Source of the DNA: Squalus acanthias
Taxonomy: Eukaryota
Assembly (NCBI GenBank): GCA_030390025.1
Contig: CM059432.1
Coordinates: 10,168,001 to 10,232,000, forward strand
Reading direction: 5' to 3'
Length of the DNA stretch: 64,000 bases
This document shows positions 11,442-24,193 of the stretch, piece by piece. Under the pieces are notes generated by a model that had not been told where the DNA came from, did no database searches, and saw nothing but the letters and a program-made list of their open reading frames with translations. Position 1 is the first letter of the stretch. The number at the start of each line of letters is the position of its first letter. The translations under genes and the position numbers were made by a program.

Positions 11442-13208
11442 GGCCGTGATTTCCCTTCCCTCAGCGGGTCCGGTGCGGCCGGGGTCGGTGGTGGGTTGCA
11501 AACTCGCTGCAGGCTCCAGTCCGCTGTCCAATGTGATTTTACGTTGATTGGGCTTGTTAAGCCCGCCTAGAGCGGTTCCCAGCCAATTGAAGGAAGCGGG
11601 TCTGCTGATGTCATTTGATGACCCGTCATCAGCCAGTTTCCTTAAAGGGACCATGCGCAAATTGATTTTAACAGTTGTGCTGTCAGTGTTCTACAGCATT
11701 GAGGTGCTGCAAACACTGACAAGCACTGCACAGAGATGCAGGGCTGCACCCAGGCTCTCCCATGATACCCACCATATGCTTATGGAGGGAGTCAGAGCAC
11801 ACAGGGAGGTTCTCCTCCCTTCCAATGGGCGGAAGAGACCTCTCCAGGAGACCAACACAGCCTGGTTGCACATTGCACAGGAGAGCACAAGCAGGGATGT
11901 CGTCAGGAGGACCAGGCTGCAGTGGCGCAAACCTTTCAATGATCTCAACAGATCACGAAACGTTACTGCAAAGCCACACTCAACCTCATCCTACTGTGCC
12001 ACTCATCACATCCCCATCACTCTGCCTTCCCTACCCTACTCCTGCACATCCTTACTCACACCAACTTACCTTGCACCTCCACCCATCCCTCTCTATCTAC
12101 ATTATCACTTCCCCATCTCACTAGCCACCCCTCACACTCCCCCTCACCCTAGTCCAATCATATCAACTCACAACACACAAGGGTAGGCACTTGGGTGTTT
12201 TAGCCAATGTTCATGTGAAGTTTCTGTTAATCTGCTGTCAAACATTTAAATCTTTATTTTCAACACTTTGCGTTCTTGACAGATTTGCGTGCACCTTTGG
12301 AAGTGGCTTAGTGAGTTGCAGTGAATGGTGAGACATAACGGTACCCCCGCAATGGTGATGAGTGTGAAAGGAATTGGGCATTGTAGGGATGCTTTAAAAT
12401 GCTGGTGTGGGGTGATGCCAACCTGGCGCATCATGTGGCAGCCAGGGTGTGCAGCGTCAAGTGAAGTAAATCTGACCTGTGGTGAGGCCAACCCTGGCAT
12501 CCCAGGCAGCAATGTGGTCAGGTGCTGATGCCCTCTGTCCTGTGCAGCACCAGCTGATTGCGGAGAAGGTTGGTATTGATGTTGGTGCTGCTGGTATGCC
12601 TGGTGCTGCTGGTATTGGGGCTGAGCATGGTGGGATTCTGAGGATCAAGGTGAGATAGTTTCAAGGGCACCGATGCTGATGGCAGGTGAAGTTGAGATGA
12701 CAGAAGCAATCTGTCAATGGTGAGAGAGGTTGTTCCAATGAGGTGGCACTGGATACAGAGTTTACTCCAAACACTTGCAACCTGCACAAAGCTCAATCTG
12801 TCTTCCAAATGCAGTAAGCAACAGCTCTGAGCTTGGAAAGTGAACAGCTGTGAGATGGGAGCTTTTATAGCACATTTGCAGCTGTCAAGTAATGAGATGA
12901 TTCATGGTAACGCAACTCCCAACCTGCTAACCTGACGTGATCCCCGAGCAGTGTGGAACCCATGGGCGACCTTGTAAAATGTTAAGGTGAGCTCAAACTT
13001 CTCTTTAACAGGCTGTTAACAAGCTCTTAATCACTAAATTGCCTCCCCTGCCGCTTGGTGTCGGGTCTGTTCAGCGCTGACAGACCCGACATCTGGGAGA
13101 CTAGCGTGGCGACGGCTTGACAGCGGGTTCCCTACCCGCTGTCAAAAAGAAAATTTTCACGCCCAACCCGCCACCAAACATGCCCACTGACCCCCTGAAA
13201 AACTCCCC
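11442..13208. mobile_element. Internally deleted PIF/Harbinger element with Myb/SANT-like ORF remnant
   Basis: GC-rich, imperfectly inverted subtermini around a Myb/SANT-like coding fragment. Confidence 0.6.
11730..11960 (+). pseudogene. Myb/SANT-like (NAIF1/MSANTD-type) DNA-binding domain of a Harbinger ORF
   Basis: RAAPRLS..HMLMEGVRAHREVLLPSNGRKRP..TNTAWLHIAQE...RTRLQWRKPFNDL. Confidence 0.75.
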
Positions 13209-13510
13209 ACTATGAGTCTGCCCAACAGTTGGAAAATTGTGAATGGGAGACACCCAAAATTCCATATGTGCTTCTGGCAGGTGAAAGATCCTTCCAGAAG
13301 CGCAGTCTCGTAAAACTACTCCCATCATGAAGAAAGGGCCATTTGATCCTTCAAGTCTATTCTTTTCTAAGCCATGTGTGATCACTTTATTGCAGACTCG
13401 ACCCCACATAGTTAACTATGTGAACGCGCACTCGGGCCTGTCACTAACTGTTATCTTTGTTGCCCTTCAGGGACAATTTATTAATTCGATGATAAAGTGA
13501 CCATAGGTCA

Positions 13511-13775
13511 GCAACAACAACTTGTGTTTATATAGCGTCTTTAACGTAGTTAAACGTCCCGCGGTGCTTCACAGGAGCGTAATCAAAACAAAATCTGACA
13601 CTGAACCACAGAAGGGGAAATTAGGACAGGCGACCAAAAGCTTGGTCAAAGAGGTAGGTTTTAAGGAGCGTCTTAAAAGAAGGAAAGAGTGGTAGAGAGG
13701 CGGAGAGCTTTAGGGTCTAGACGGCTGAAGGCGCGGCCCCCAATGGTGGAGCGATGAAAATCGTGGATACGCAGG
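13511..13775 (-). mobile_element. L2 LINE 3' tail
   Basis: Matches 37353-37620; (gtt)n tail on the minus strand. Confidence 0.75.
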
Positions 13776-14156
13776 TGAACATGAGCTGACAGGCTGTGGA
13801 GATTTCCGGGCTCAAACTGCGTTGTGTAACATTAGTAACGAATGAGCTGAGATGTATTATGAGATTGCTCTCTTCACTATTTTAGCAGTGGCCTTCGCCT
13901 GTTCTTTTTAGATGGGTTAATGGATATTGTTAAAATAGCAGATAGAGAACCTTGGGTACAGTAACTATATTAATACAATATCCATCAGCAGTTCTTAAAG
14001 TTTATCAATGTGATGCACTGTTAAGGCCTTAGTACTCACTGCAGTGAAACATTGCTCAACCGACAGTGTGTGATTAGTGTTACAGTGCAGACAGCTAAAT
14101 AATAAAATGAAACATTCTTCCAAGGCAAAAAGACCTGCGTTGTTTATAGTTGTTGA

Positions 14157-14442
14157 CTTGCATATCCCCGATTTCATCGCTCCACCATTGGTGGCCGTGC
14201 CTTCAGCTGCCAAGGCCCTAAGCTCTGGAATTCCCTCCCTAAACCCCTCCGCCTCTCTACCTCTCTCTCCAGCTTTAAGACGCTCCGTAAAATCTACCTC
14301 TTTGACCAAGCTTTCGGTCACCTGTCCTGATATCTCTTTCTGTGTCTCGGTGTTACATTTTGTCTGATAATCGCTCCTGTGAAGCGCCTTGGGACGTTTT
14401 ACTATGTTAAAGGCGCTATATAAATACAAGTTGTTGTTGTTG
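14157..14442 (+). mobile_element. L2 LINE 3' tail
   Basis: Encodes IGGRAFS..LWNSLP and ends in gttgttgttgtt. Confidence 0.75.
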
Positions 14443-14519
14443 CTGTTGCCAGGGGCCTTCCATACTACAAACATCCAGCTGTGCGTACATCTGATGATCT
14501 GAAATGCCAGGGGGAAAAA

Positions 14520-14700
14520 AGACAGACTTGCATTTCTATAGCGCCTTTCCTGACCTCAGGACATCCCAAAGCGCTTTACAGCCAATGAAGTACTTTTTGA
14601 AGTGTAGTAATGTAGGAAACGCGGTAGCCAATTTGCGCACAGCAAGATCCCACAGACAACAATGTGATCATGACCAGATGATCTTTTTTTTTTTAATGAT
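14520..14700 (-). mobile_element. SacSINE1-like 3' fragment
   Basis: Matches 916-1080. Confidence 0.7.
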
Positions 14701-15325
14701 GTGGTTCGTTTATGATAAGCTTTGATTTGGAGCTCTGAACTTGATCGGTTTGGTTTATAAAATCCCTCCCATCTAAACCTGTATCAGAACAGCAGTGATA
14801 GGATCTCACTCCTCTGTTTAAATGGGTGTAAATAAATAGGATGAATACATCAACAACAACAAAAAAAATCCAATATTAGCTTAGCGACAGTCCTGACCAG
14901 ATAGTGTCCCATTAAACGAGATTCACTTGCTGAACCAGAAGCCCATGTTCTTTAGTGCCGCCTATGTAGGAAACCTTTTTCTCCATGACTGCATCAATGA
15001 GCAATGAAGCCACTGAAGTGGTTTATCAGCCTAAAAAAAGGCTTCAAATCCACAACAGCCCCCGTTACATCCTGACTGTAAGGGATTAGATAAGTTAAGT
15101 GTGTTTGGGGTTGTGGGGATATTCTAACCTTTCACAACAATTACCAATTTTAAACAAATGGCCAGTGATCTAACAGTAATGATTTGTTCAGTCCACTGAG
15201 TACCTCGGTCACAAATATTTTCAATGCTCATCAGTAACACATGAATCATAAATACTCTGGAGGCAAGATTAAGAAAGGTCAAGGGTAGTTTAGTACATAA
15301 GTTCTTGATATTTTCCTGAACAAGG

Positions 15326-16101
15326 CATTGCTGTCAAAGTAACGGTGAGGCGAATGACACTCGCTGTTATTTATGCGCGAATGGTACAGCAACTTCAGGC
15401 GAGAGGGCAGATGCGCGGTTAAATTCAAAAATCCAAAAGTTGCTGTCCGAGTTACGCCACTCCGCTTTGTGAAAACGGCATCTCGCTGTCTGCCTCACCA
15501 TTGAAATGCAGTGAGTGTCGTGAAGTGGCTGTATTTGCACCGTAGTTACGGACTAAACTCGCCACAGAAAGTTAAGTCAAGTCATTTCAAGTTAAGTACC
15601 CTTTTACCAACATGATAGGTATTAATTATTGCCAGTCAACCTCTCTGGCACTGAAAGTTAACTATTACAAGTGTAGAGTCGCATTCCTTCAGGTTTTAAT
15701 TGTTGTTGGAGATTTTAAAAATGTAAAATTTTGAATTATGTTTTTTTATTTTTCCTTTCTGTCTCTTTTTTCTCTCTCTCTTAATCTAATCTTTCTTTCC
15801 CTCTCTTTATTTCTCTTCCTGTACCTGATTTGACATTGAATTCACCCACTCTAACTTACACTTCCTTGTCTGTCCTTGCGCTGTTAATTTCACAATCTTT
15901 AAATCTGATTGGATAAGGAGATATACCGTTGGTTGCCCTGTTCACTCAGGTCCCAGAGGCTCGGTTTCCCCTCGGTGTGCCGTTATCAGCTCGCAGTTTC
16001 GGCAACTTGCAAGGCAAAAATTTTAGAAAACTACACGTGCGGGGACAAGTCTAAATAATGACAGATACTGATATATTCACTCCTACAGCAAATTGTGGCC
16101 C
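15326..16101. mobile_element. Probable non-autonomous DNA element
   Basis: Inverted ends ttgctgt and acagcaaattgtggccc, with CpG-rich subtermini around an AT/pyrimidine-rich core. Confidence 0.45.
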
Positions 16102-16194
16102 AATAGGAACTACTAATTCAATGCTATTTTTTAGGGGTGCATCAGTTTTACAATCACCGGAATTAAAGGAGATGTATAATCTACTATTTTCTTA

Positions 16195-17338
16195 TGCATT
16201 CATGGGATGTGGGCGTCGCTGGCAAGGCCAGCATTTATTGCCCATCCCTAGTTGCCCTTGAGAAGGTGGTGGTGAGCCGCCTTCTTGAACCGCTGCAGTC
16301 CGTGTGGTGAAGGTACTCCCACAGTGCTGTTAGGGAGGGAGTTCCAGGATTTTGACCCAGCGACGATGAAGGAACGGCGATATATTTCCAAGTCAGGATG
16401 GTGTGTGACTTGGAGATGGTGGTGTTCCAATGCGCCTGCTGCCCTTGTCCTTCTAGGTGGTAGAGGTCGCGGGTTTGGGAGGTGCTGTCGAAGAAGCCTT
16501 GGCGAGTTGCTGCAGTGCATCTTGTAGATGGTACACACTGCAGCCACGGTGCGCCAGTGGTGGAGGGAGTGAATGTTTAAGGTGGTGGATGGGGTGCCAA
16601 TCAAGCGGGCTGCTTTGTCTTGGATGGTGTAGAGCTTCTTGAGTGTTGTTGGAGCTGCACTCATCCAGGCAAGTGGAGAGTATTCCATCACACTCCTGAC
16701 TTGTGCCTTGTAGATGGTGGAAAGTTCTTTGGGGAGTCAGGAGGTGAGACACTCGCTGCAGAATACCTAGCCTCTGACCTGCTCTTTTAACCGCAGTATT
16801 TATGTGGCTGGTCCAGTTAAGTTTCTGGTCAATGGTGACCCCTAGGATGTTGATGGTGGGGGATTCAGCGATGGTAATGCCGTTGAATGTCATGGGGAGA
16901 TGGTTAGGCTTTCTCTTGTTGGAGATAGTCATTGTCTGGCACTTGTGTGGCACGAATGTTACTTGCCATTTATCAGCCCAAGCCTGAATGTTGTCCAAGT
17001 CTTGCTGCATGGACTGCTTCATTATCTGAGGAGATGCGAATGGAACTGAACACTGTGCAATCATCAGCAAACATCCCCATTTCTGACCTTATGATGGAGG
17101 GAAGGTCATTGATGAAGCAGCTGAAGATGGTTGGGCCTAAGACACTGCCCTGAGGAACTCCTGCAGCGATGTCCTGGGGCTGAGATGATTGGCCTCCAAC
17201 CACCACAACCATCTTCCTTTGTGCTAGGTATGACTCCAGCCAGTGGAGAGTTTTCACCCGATTCCCATTGACTTCAATTTTACTAGGGCTCCTTGATGCC
17301 ACACTCGGTCAAATGCTACCTTGACGTCAAGGGCAGTC
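16195..17338 (-). mobile_element. CR1-group LINE (second family), RT and 3' end, disrupted
   Basis: GVPQGSVLGPTIFSCFINDL, MFADD and EYSPLAW motifs with frameshifts. Confidence 0.88.
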
Positions 17339-17532
17339 TACTGAATAATCTTGAGGGTTATTGAAGAAAATTTTGGCAGCGTCTTTCAGTCATTCCTTGC
17401 TGTTGTCTTTGGAGCTTTAATATTATTATGTTTGAGGTTGACTTTAAACAGGCAATCCGTGGACAGCTCTCACTGATGTGACATCACCCAGCTCTGCAAC
17501 AACAACATCATGACAACAACAACTTATACAGC

Positions 17533-17682
17533 GAGGGTGGATTCCCGCAAGGGGTCTCAAACGCATCCGACCGTAACTCCGGCAGAAGAGCTGCAGGTAT
17601 CCTTAGCTTTATGCTGATTTTCCTGGGCTTCCGAGGGCTCTTCTGCCAACTAGCAGGAAGGACTCCGCAGAAGTTCACCCTC
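17533..17682. mobile_element. 150-bp MITE inside an L2 tail fragment
   Basis: Termini gagggtg and caccctc, internal inverted repeat ggcagaagagc/gctcttctgcc, flanks agc/agt. Confidence 0.6.
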
Positions 17683-18019
17683 AGTGCCTGTAACATAGTA
17701 AAACATCCCTGGACGCTTAAACGATGAGCTGTGGGTAGAATCCCTCGTCGATGTTGTCACCGGAATATCACATAATTTTAACAAAATTAAAACAAAATTC
17801 TGTTTCCTGGGCACCTCTAACTAGTGGTCTCAGTATATAAAAAAAAACAGGAGTAATAAGCAATTGATCAGTGTCCGGCTATCCGATTTAAGCTGATGTG
17901 ACAATTCAGTAGAATACACGTTTCCCTTTAATCAACAAATACTTCTTGGAGCCAATGGGTTTTTCATTTAGTTTGTTTTGTTCTTCAGTTGGATTAGACG
18001 AATCCTATTTTGCGAGTTG

Positions 18020-18232
18020 TTGTGATCTGATATGCACGGCCTGAAAGGGTGGTGGAAGCAGATTCAATGATAACTTTCAAAAGGGAATTAGATCTCCACT
18101 TAAAAAGGAAACATTTGCAGGGCTATGGGGGAAAGAGCGGGGGGAGCGGGACTGATTGGAGAGCTCTTTCAAAGAGCCGGCACAGGCACGATGGGCCGAA
18201 TGGCCTCCTCCTGTAGTGTATGATTCTATGAT
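18020..18232 (+). mobile_element. CR1 3' tail
   Basis: Matches 11020-11240. Confidence 0.75.
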
Positions 18233-19039
18233 TTGGAATAACAGAGGTGAAATATTTTTCATTAAATACCCAATCGATTTCCAACCTTCTTTATCATTGC
18301 CGTAAAGTTGACGAGGATGTTTTAGTCTCTTTTGTACTCCTTACACTGAAAGGTTACAATTATTTACATCATAAAGAGGGATGTGGTGTTCGGGAGAAAG
18401 TCAGACAGCAGGAAAGTTGATTTTTCATTTATATGTTGACAGTGGCAGAAATATAGAAATCCAGCTTAATTCGTCTCTGGTTATACAGAATTGGATGAAG
18501 CTTGAAAGTAATTACTTAAGCATTCTCCAACAAAACACCATATGGTTGGACAGTATAGGTATGAAAGCTAAAGTATATGATGGTCACTATTAACAGTCAC
18601 CATTTTGGGTTAAAGGGGCATTGTAATCAAGATTTGTCGATTGAGTTGAATGATACTAACCAATAGCACAGTTTCTAAATATTATTAGTTATTTTTCCTC
18701 TAAATGATAAATGGTGCAATCGTAAAGGGGAATTGTTGTCCCTAAAAATAGTTTAGAAAACTTTCATCCGCCAGTTTGTGATCACATGATTTGATGATGA
18801 TGTGACTCAATTAAAAATTATAATTGTGCAATGCATTGCTCATCTAGGTCCTGTCCTCCCCAAAACAGTAATGCTTCCATTTAATACAGAAGATGCTATG
18901 TGAGGATTGCTCTGCTTAAATTATTCAAAAAACAACATAATCAGTAAGATTCCAGGGGGACTCCCAGTCTGCCGCCCTCTTGGATAGTGTTCTTGCTGTT
19001 AATAACAGCTTCAGCTGCCCCTTGCTATTACCAGAATCA

Positions 19040-19455
19040 TCAACAGCTTATATTTAGATAGCGCCTTTAACGTAATAAAACATCCCAAGACACTTCACCG
19101 GAGTGTTATCAAAAACAAAAATTGACACCGAGCCATGTAAGGAGATGTTAGGGCAGATAACCCAAAGCTTGGTTGAAGAGGTAGGTTTTAAGGAGAGTCG
19201 TATAGGAGGAGAGAGAAGTGGAGAGTTTTAAGGAGGGAATTCCAGAGCTTAGGCCCTAGGCAGCTGAAGGCACGGCCACCAATGGTGGAGCGATTAAAAT
19301 CGGGGATGTTCAAAAGGCCAGAATAGGCAGAGCGCAAAATCCAGGGGGTTTATAGGGCTGGAGGAGGTTATAGAGATCGGGAGGGGCGAAGCCATGGAGG
19401 GATTTGAAAGCAAGGCTGAGAATTTTAAAATCGAGGCTTTACTTAACTGGGAGGT
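19040..19455 (-). mobile_element. L2 3' fragment
   Basis: Matches 37353-37750. Confidence 0.75.
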
Positions 19456-19749
19456 AGGTAGTAGATAGTCCATCATCCCTAGCGGAATGGCAATGTTCCT
19501 TTTATAATAAAATATGTGATTAGCTATCACGTCGATGGAATAGTAAGCTGCCTTAAACTGTGTGGTTCAGTCCCTAAGAAAAATACTTATGAAAGGCTTC
19601 GCTCTATATCACAGGATTTTACACTGTTACCATTTTTGGATTCACATAAATTTAAGTGACTATAAAATCTGCAAGATCTACCATGACTCAGACGAATAAT
19701 AGGTTTGTGTTTTTTTAATTCCCTGGTGTCCACTCCATTGGTGCAAGTG

Positions 19750-20060
19750 TGACAGCACCTCCCAAACCCGAGAACTCCACCACCTAGAAGGACAAGGGCA
19801 GCAGGTGCATGGGAACACCACCACCTCCAAGTTCCCCTCCAAGTCACATACCATCCCGATTTGGAATATAATCGGCGTTCCTTCATCGTCGCTGGGTCAA
19901 AATCCTGGAACTCCCTCCCTAACAGCACTGTAGGAACTACCTTCACCACACGGGACCGCAGCGGTTCAAGAAGGCGGCTCACCACCACCTTCTCAAGGGC
20001 AACTAGGGATGGGCAATAATTGCCAACCTTGCCAGTGACGCCCACATCCTGTGAGTGAAT
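19750..20060 (+). mobile_element. CR1-group LINE (second family) 3' end
   Basis: Reverse complement of 16200-16490. Confidence 0.8.
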
Positions 20061-21084
20061 GAAGTGTGGTGGGAGCGGAACCCCAGTCCTCCCTCGCTGC
20101 AAGCTGGCGGTCTCCATCTCAAATCCCAGAACAAGGTAATTTGCATCTACCAGGGTTGGCACGTCGCACCTGCAAGGTCGATTCATGGGGTCCGCCACCC
20201 TAATCCACCTGTCAGCAGGTGGATCAGCCCACAGCCATTCTACCTGGGGTTCCCCGGACCCTTCTGAGCCAAGGAGTCAGAACGGTCATTGCTCCCAGCT
20301 CTCAGAGTAGTATCTTCTCTGGGATCGATTACCTTACTCTAGTAAAGGTCCGGGGCCTTATTAAAGGCCTCATCATGTCACACAACCCACCGGCGTTGGT
20401 TCTGCTGGGTCTATTAAGGACAGAAATGTGCAGGCAAGTCCATGAACCCACCCAGGCAGGCCCTCTTGGCGTAGCGGGGCAGCTGGAAGACCACCCGCAC
20501 CCCCAATCAGAATTTACAGGGCCAATGCAAAGAATGCACAGGATCCGACTGTAACAAGGTTCCATCCCAAGTTTCTGCCCCACCCCCCACCGCCCTATCA
20601 CAGATCAGACTGTCTGCCTTCTCTGACCCGAAGAGTTTCAGGGCCAACAGCAAATAACAGTCCGTGTGCAGGAGATTAAAAGGCAAAGCTTTGAATACTG
20701 GAAATAGGAACATCTGGAAATCGGAAACAAAACTGGAAGAAGCTGGAAATGCACAACAGACCAGCTAGCCGGTCAACAACAGGTTAACGGCTGGTTGGAT
20801 GGCTCTTTCGGGGGAGCCAGCACAGGTGCGATGGGACAGGGGTCCTCCTTCTGTGCTGTGAGATTCTGATTCTAATGTTCCCTTGGTGCTATGTTGCCGA
20901 ACATTGCCATGTAGCTCGTGCCCTCTCTCATACCGCACTTGGTTCATACACCGTCAAATCTGACTCTTAAAATCAGGAATTCTCCTCAAATTTCTCCCAC
21001 AATAGCAGGTACGGTCGTGCAGTGGTTATGTTACTGGTCTAGCATTCCAGAGGCCTGGCTGCCTCTTTCAAAGGAATATATAGA

Positions 21085-22740
21085 TACATAGATACATAGA
21101 AGATAGGAGCAGGAGTAGGCCATCCGGCCCTTCGAGCCTGCTCCGCCATTTAATGAGATCATGGCTGATCCTTCAATTCAGTATCCCGTCCCCGCCTTCT
21201 CTCCGTAACCCTTAACCCCTTTTGCCTGTAGAAATATATCTAATTCCCTCTTAAATATATTTAATGAGCTGGCGTACACTGCCCTCTGTGGCAATGAGTT
21301 CCACAGGTTCACCACTCTCTGAGTGAAGAAATTCCCCCTCATTTCTGTCCTAAATGGTTTAGCCCTTATCCTTAAATTATGTCCTCTAGTTCTGTTCTCA
21401 CCCGCCAAGGGAAACATTCCTTCTGCATCTAATCTGTCTAGACCTGTCAGAATTTTATACACTTCTATGAGGTCCCCTCTCAATCTTCTAAACTCCAGTG
21501 TGTACATCCCTAAACTACATAGTCTCTCCTCATAGGTCAATCCCGCCATTCCTGGTATCAGCCTGGTGAATCGCCGCTGCACCCCCTCCATGGCAAGAAC
21601 ATCTTTCCTCAGATGAGGCGACCAAAACTGTACACAGTACTCGAGGTGTGGTCTCACCAGTGCCCTGTACAGCTGCAGCAAGGTATCCCTGTTCCTGTAT
21701 TCCAACCCTTTTGCTATGAAGGCCAGCATACCGTTTGCCTTCTTGACCGCCTGTTGCACCTGCATGCTCGCCTTCAGTGACTGGTGTACAAGAACACCCA
21801 GGTCTCTCTGTACTTCCCCCTCTCCCAATTTATTGCCATTTAAATAATAATTTGCCCTCCCGTTCCTGCACCCAAGGTGGATAACTTCGCACTTGTCCAC
21901 ATTATAGTGCATCTGCCATTTATCCGCCCAATCACCCAGTCTGTCCAAATCGCTCTGGAGCTTCCTGGTCTCCTCCTCTGAGCCCACCCCCCCTCCTAGT
22001 TTAGTGTCGTCTGCAAATTTGGAAATGCTGCATTCGACTCCCTGATCCAGGTCATTAATATAAATTGTGAACAGCTGGGGACCCAGGACAGATCCCTGTG
22101 GTACCCCACTTGTTACTGCCTGCCATTCAGAAAATGAGCCGTTTATTCCAACTCTCTGTTTTCTATCTGACAGCCAGTTCTCTATCCACGTCAATACTTT
22201 CCCCTTTATCCCATGAGCTTCAATTTTCCATGCTAATCTTTTATGTGGGACCTTATCGAAGGCCTTTTGGAAGTCCAGGTACACCACATCTACTGGCTCT
22301 CCCCCATCTATTTTACCAGTTACTCCCTCGAAAAATTCCAATAGATTAGTCAAGCACGATTTACCCTTTGTAAATCCATGTTGACTCTGTCCTATCCTGT
22401 CCCCATTTGCTAAGTGCTCGGCTATTTCATCCTTAATGATGGACTCCAGCATTTTGCCCACAACTGATGTAAGGCTTACAGGTCTGTAATTACCTGCTTT
22501 TTCCCTACCCCCCTTTTTGAATAGTGGGGTAACGTTAGCTACCCTCCAATCCATGGGCACTGTTCCCGAGTCTAATGAATTCTGAAAAATCATGCTTAGT
22601 GCATCCGCTATCTCTAGGGCCACCTCCTTCAGTACCCTAGGATGCATGTTATCAGGCCCTGGGGATTTGTCCGCCTTCAATCCCTTTAGCTTCCTTAACA
22701 CCATATCCTTAGAGATATTGATTTGCGTCAGTTCCTCATG
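21085..22740 (-). mobile_element. 5'-truncated young CR1
   Basis: Open RT frame and (ctatgtat)n tail. Confidence 0.92.
21178..22704 (-). CDS. CR1 ORF2 reverse transcriptase and C-terminus (508 aa uninterrupted, 5'-truncated element)
   Basis: NYRPVSLTS, QHGF, DFQKAFD, GVPQGSVLGP, KFADD. Confidence 0.85.
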   Translation of the reverse strand: MVLRKLKGLKADKSPGPDNMHPRVLKEVALEIADALSMIFQNSLDSGTVPMDWRVANVTPLFKKGGREKAGNYRPVSLTSVVGKMLESIIKDEIAEHLANGDRIGQSQHGFTKGKSCLTNLLEFFEGVTGKIDGGEPVDVVYLDFQKAFDKVPHKRLAWKIEAHGIKGKVLTWIENWLSDRKQRVGINGSFSEWQAVTSGVPQGSVLGPQLFTIYINDLDQGVECSISKFADDTKLGGGVGSEEETRKLQSDLDRLGDWADKWQMHYNVDKCEVIHLGCRNGRANYYLNGNKLGEGEVQRDLGVLVHQSLKASMQVQQAVKKANGMLAFIAKGLEYRNRDTLLQLYRALVRPHLEYCVQFWSPHLRKDVLAMEGVQRRFTRLIPGMAGLTYEERLCSLGMYTLEFRRLRGDLIEVYKILTGLDRLDAEGMFPLAGENRTRGHNLRIRAKPFRTEMRGNFFTQRVVNLWNSLPQRAVYASSLNIFKRELDIFLQAKGVKGYGEKAGTGY

Positions 22741-22909
22741 GCACAGGCCTAGTAGCCTGTTTTGGAAAAGCCACTCTACCTCTTTAAGGTGGTGGTCAGG
22801 TGGGAGTGGGGACAGGGGGGTGCAGGGTGGGGGGGCAACATTTGTTCTACAGAAATATAGAGGTGAATTTTAACCGCCAAAACAGATGGGTTTGGGTCAG
22901 GTAGGAAGT

Positions 22910-23477
22910 AAAAGCCTTTCCACCATCTGCAAGGCACAAGTCAGGAGTGTGATTGAATACTCTCCACTTGCCTGGATGAGTGCAGCTCCAACAACACTCA
23001 AGAAGCTCGACACCATCCAGGACAAAGCAGCCCGCTTGATTGGCACCCCATCCACCACCTTAAACATTCACTCCCTCCACCACCGGTGTACCGTGGCTGC
23101 AGTGTGTACCATCTACAAGATGCACTGCAGCAACTCGCCAAGGCTTCTTCGACAGCACTTCCCAAACCCGCGCCCTCTTCCACCTAGAAGGACAAGGGCA
23201 GCAGGTGCATGGGAACACCACCACCTCCAAGTTCCCCTCCAAGTCACACACCATCCTGACTTGGAAGTATATCGCCGCTCCTTCATCGTCGCTGAGTCAA
23301 AATCCTGGAACTCCCTCCCTAACAGCACTGTGGGAGTACCTTCACCACACGGACTGCAGCGGTTCAAGAAGGCTGCTCACCACCACCTTCTCAAGGGGCA
23401 ATTAGTGATGGGCAATAAATGCTGGCCTTGCCAGCGACGCCCACATCCTATCAACGAATAAAAAAATAAAAAATAAA
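22910..23477 (+). mobile_element. CR1-group LINE (second family) 3' end inserted in a MITE
   Basis: YSPLAWMSAAPTTLKKLD... with A-rich tail; the MITE sequence resumes at about 23478. Confidence 0.82.
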
Positions 23478-24193
23478 ATGTTAAATCTCAAACCCCAACC
23501 CGCCGGCCTCAAACCCGCCTACTTCCGGTTTTAATGGAGACGGGATGGGCGGAAGGAGGGGTGGGGCCGAATGGCCTCCTTCGGTGCCTGAAAGATTCTA
23601 CGCTTCAGATTTTAAAATATCTAACAGGGAGTCCCACCTGAAACGTTAATCTGTCTTTTCTCCTTCAGACACTGAGTGACCTGCTCCGTGTCTCCAGCAG
23701 GGTCGGTCTTTATGAGTCATTGTGTGAAATGTTGACGATCTCGACCTTGCTTTCGAGATCCTTTTTCATCTCTCTTATGACCCCAAGTTGACCCAAGCAC
23801 GCCCCCCCCCCCCTCTCCCACCTCCCCCACCCCCCTTCACAGCTGTGGATGTTGGGTCGCATTACATTAACGTCACCTTTTCTCACCAAGCCCCCGGGAG
23901 AAACTACACAGGGAAAGAGAAAAGAATGAATTCTGCATCAGTGAATGCAGCAACCTCGGCAAAGGAAAACGAGGAACCAATGTACACAGAGCGGGGAAGC
24001 GAAGAATATAATGAGAAAAATGAGAACATTTTAAAAGAGAATTCTGTTTAAATTTCCCTTTCGTTTCTTAAAGGATTAACGGGACTGTTTCCACCAGATT
24101 CAGTTGGAAAGGTCACTGTCGCACTGCAAGTTGGTGGTCAGGTGGGGGGTGGGGAGGAGGCGGGGGCAACATTTGTTCCACAGGAATAGAATA

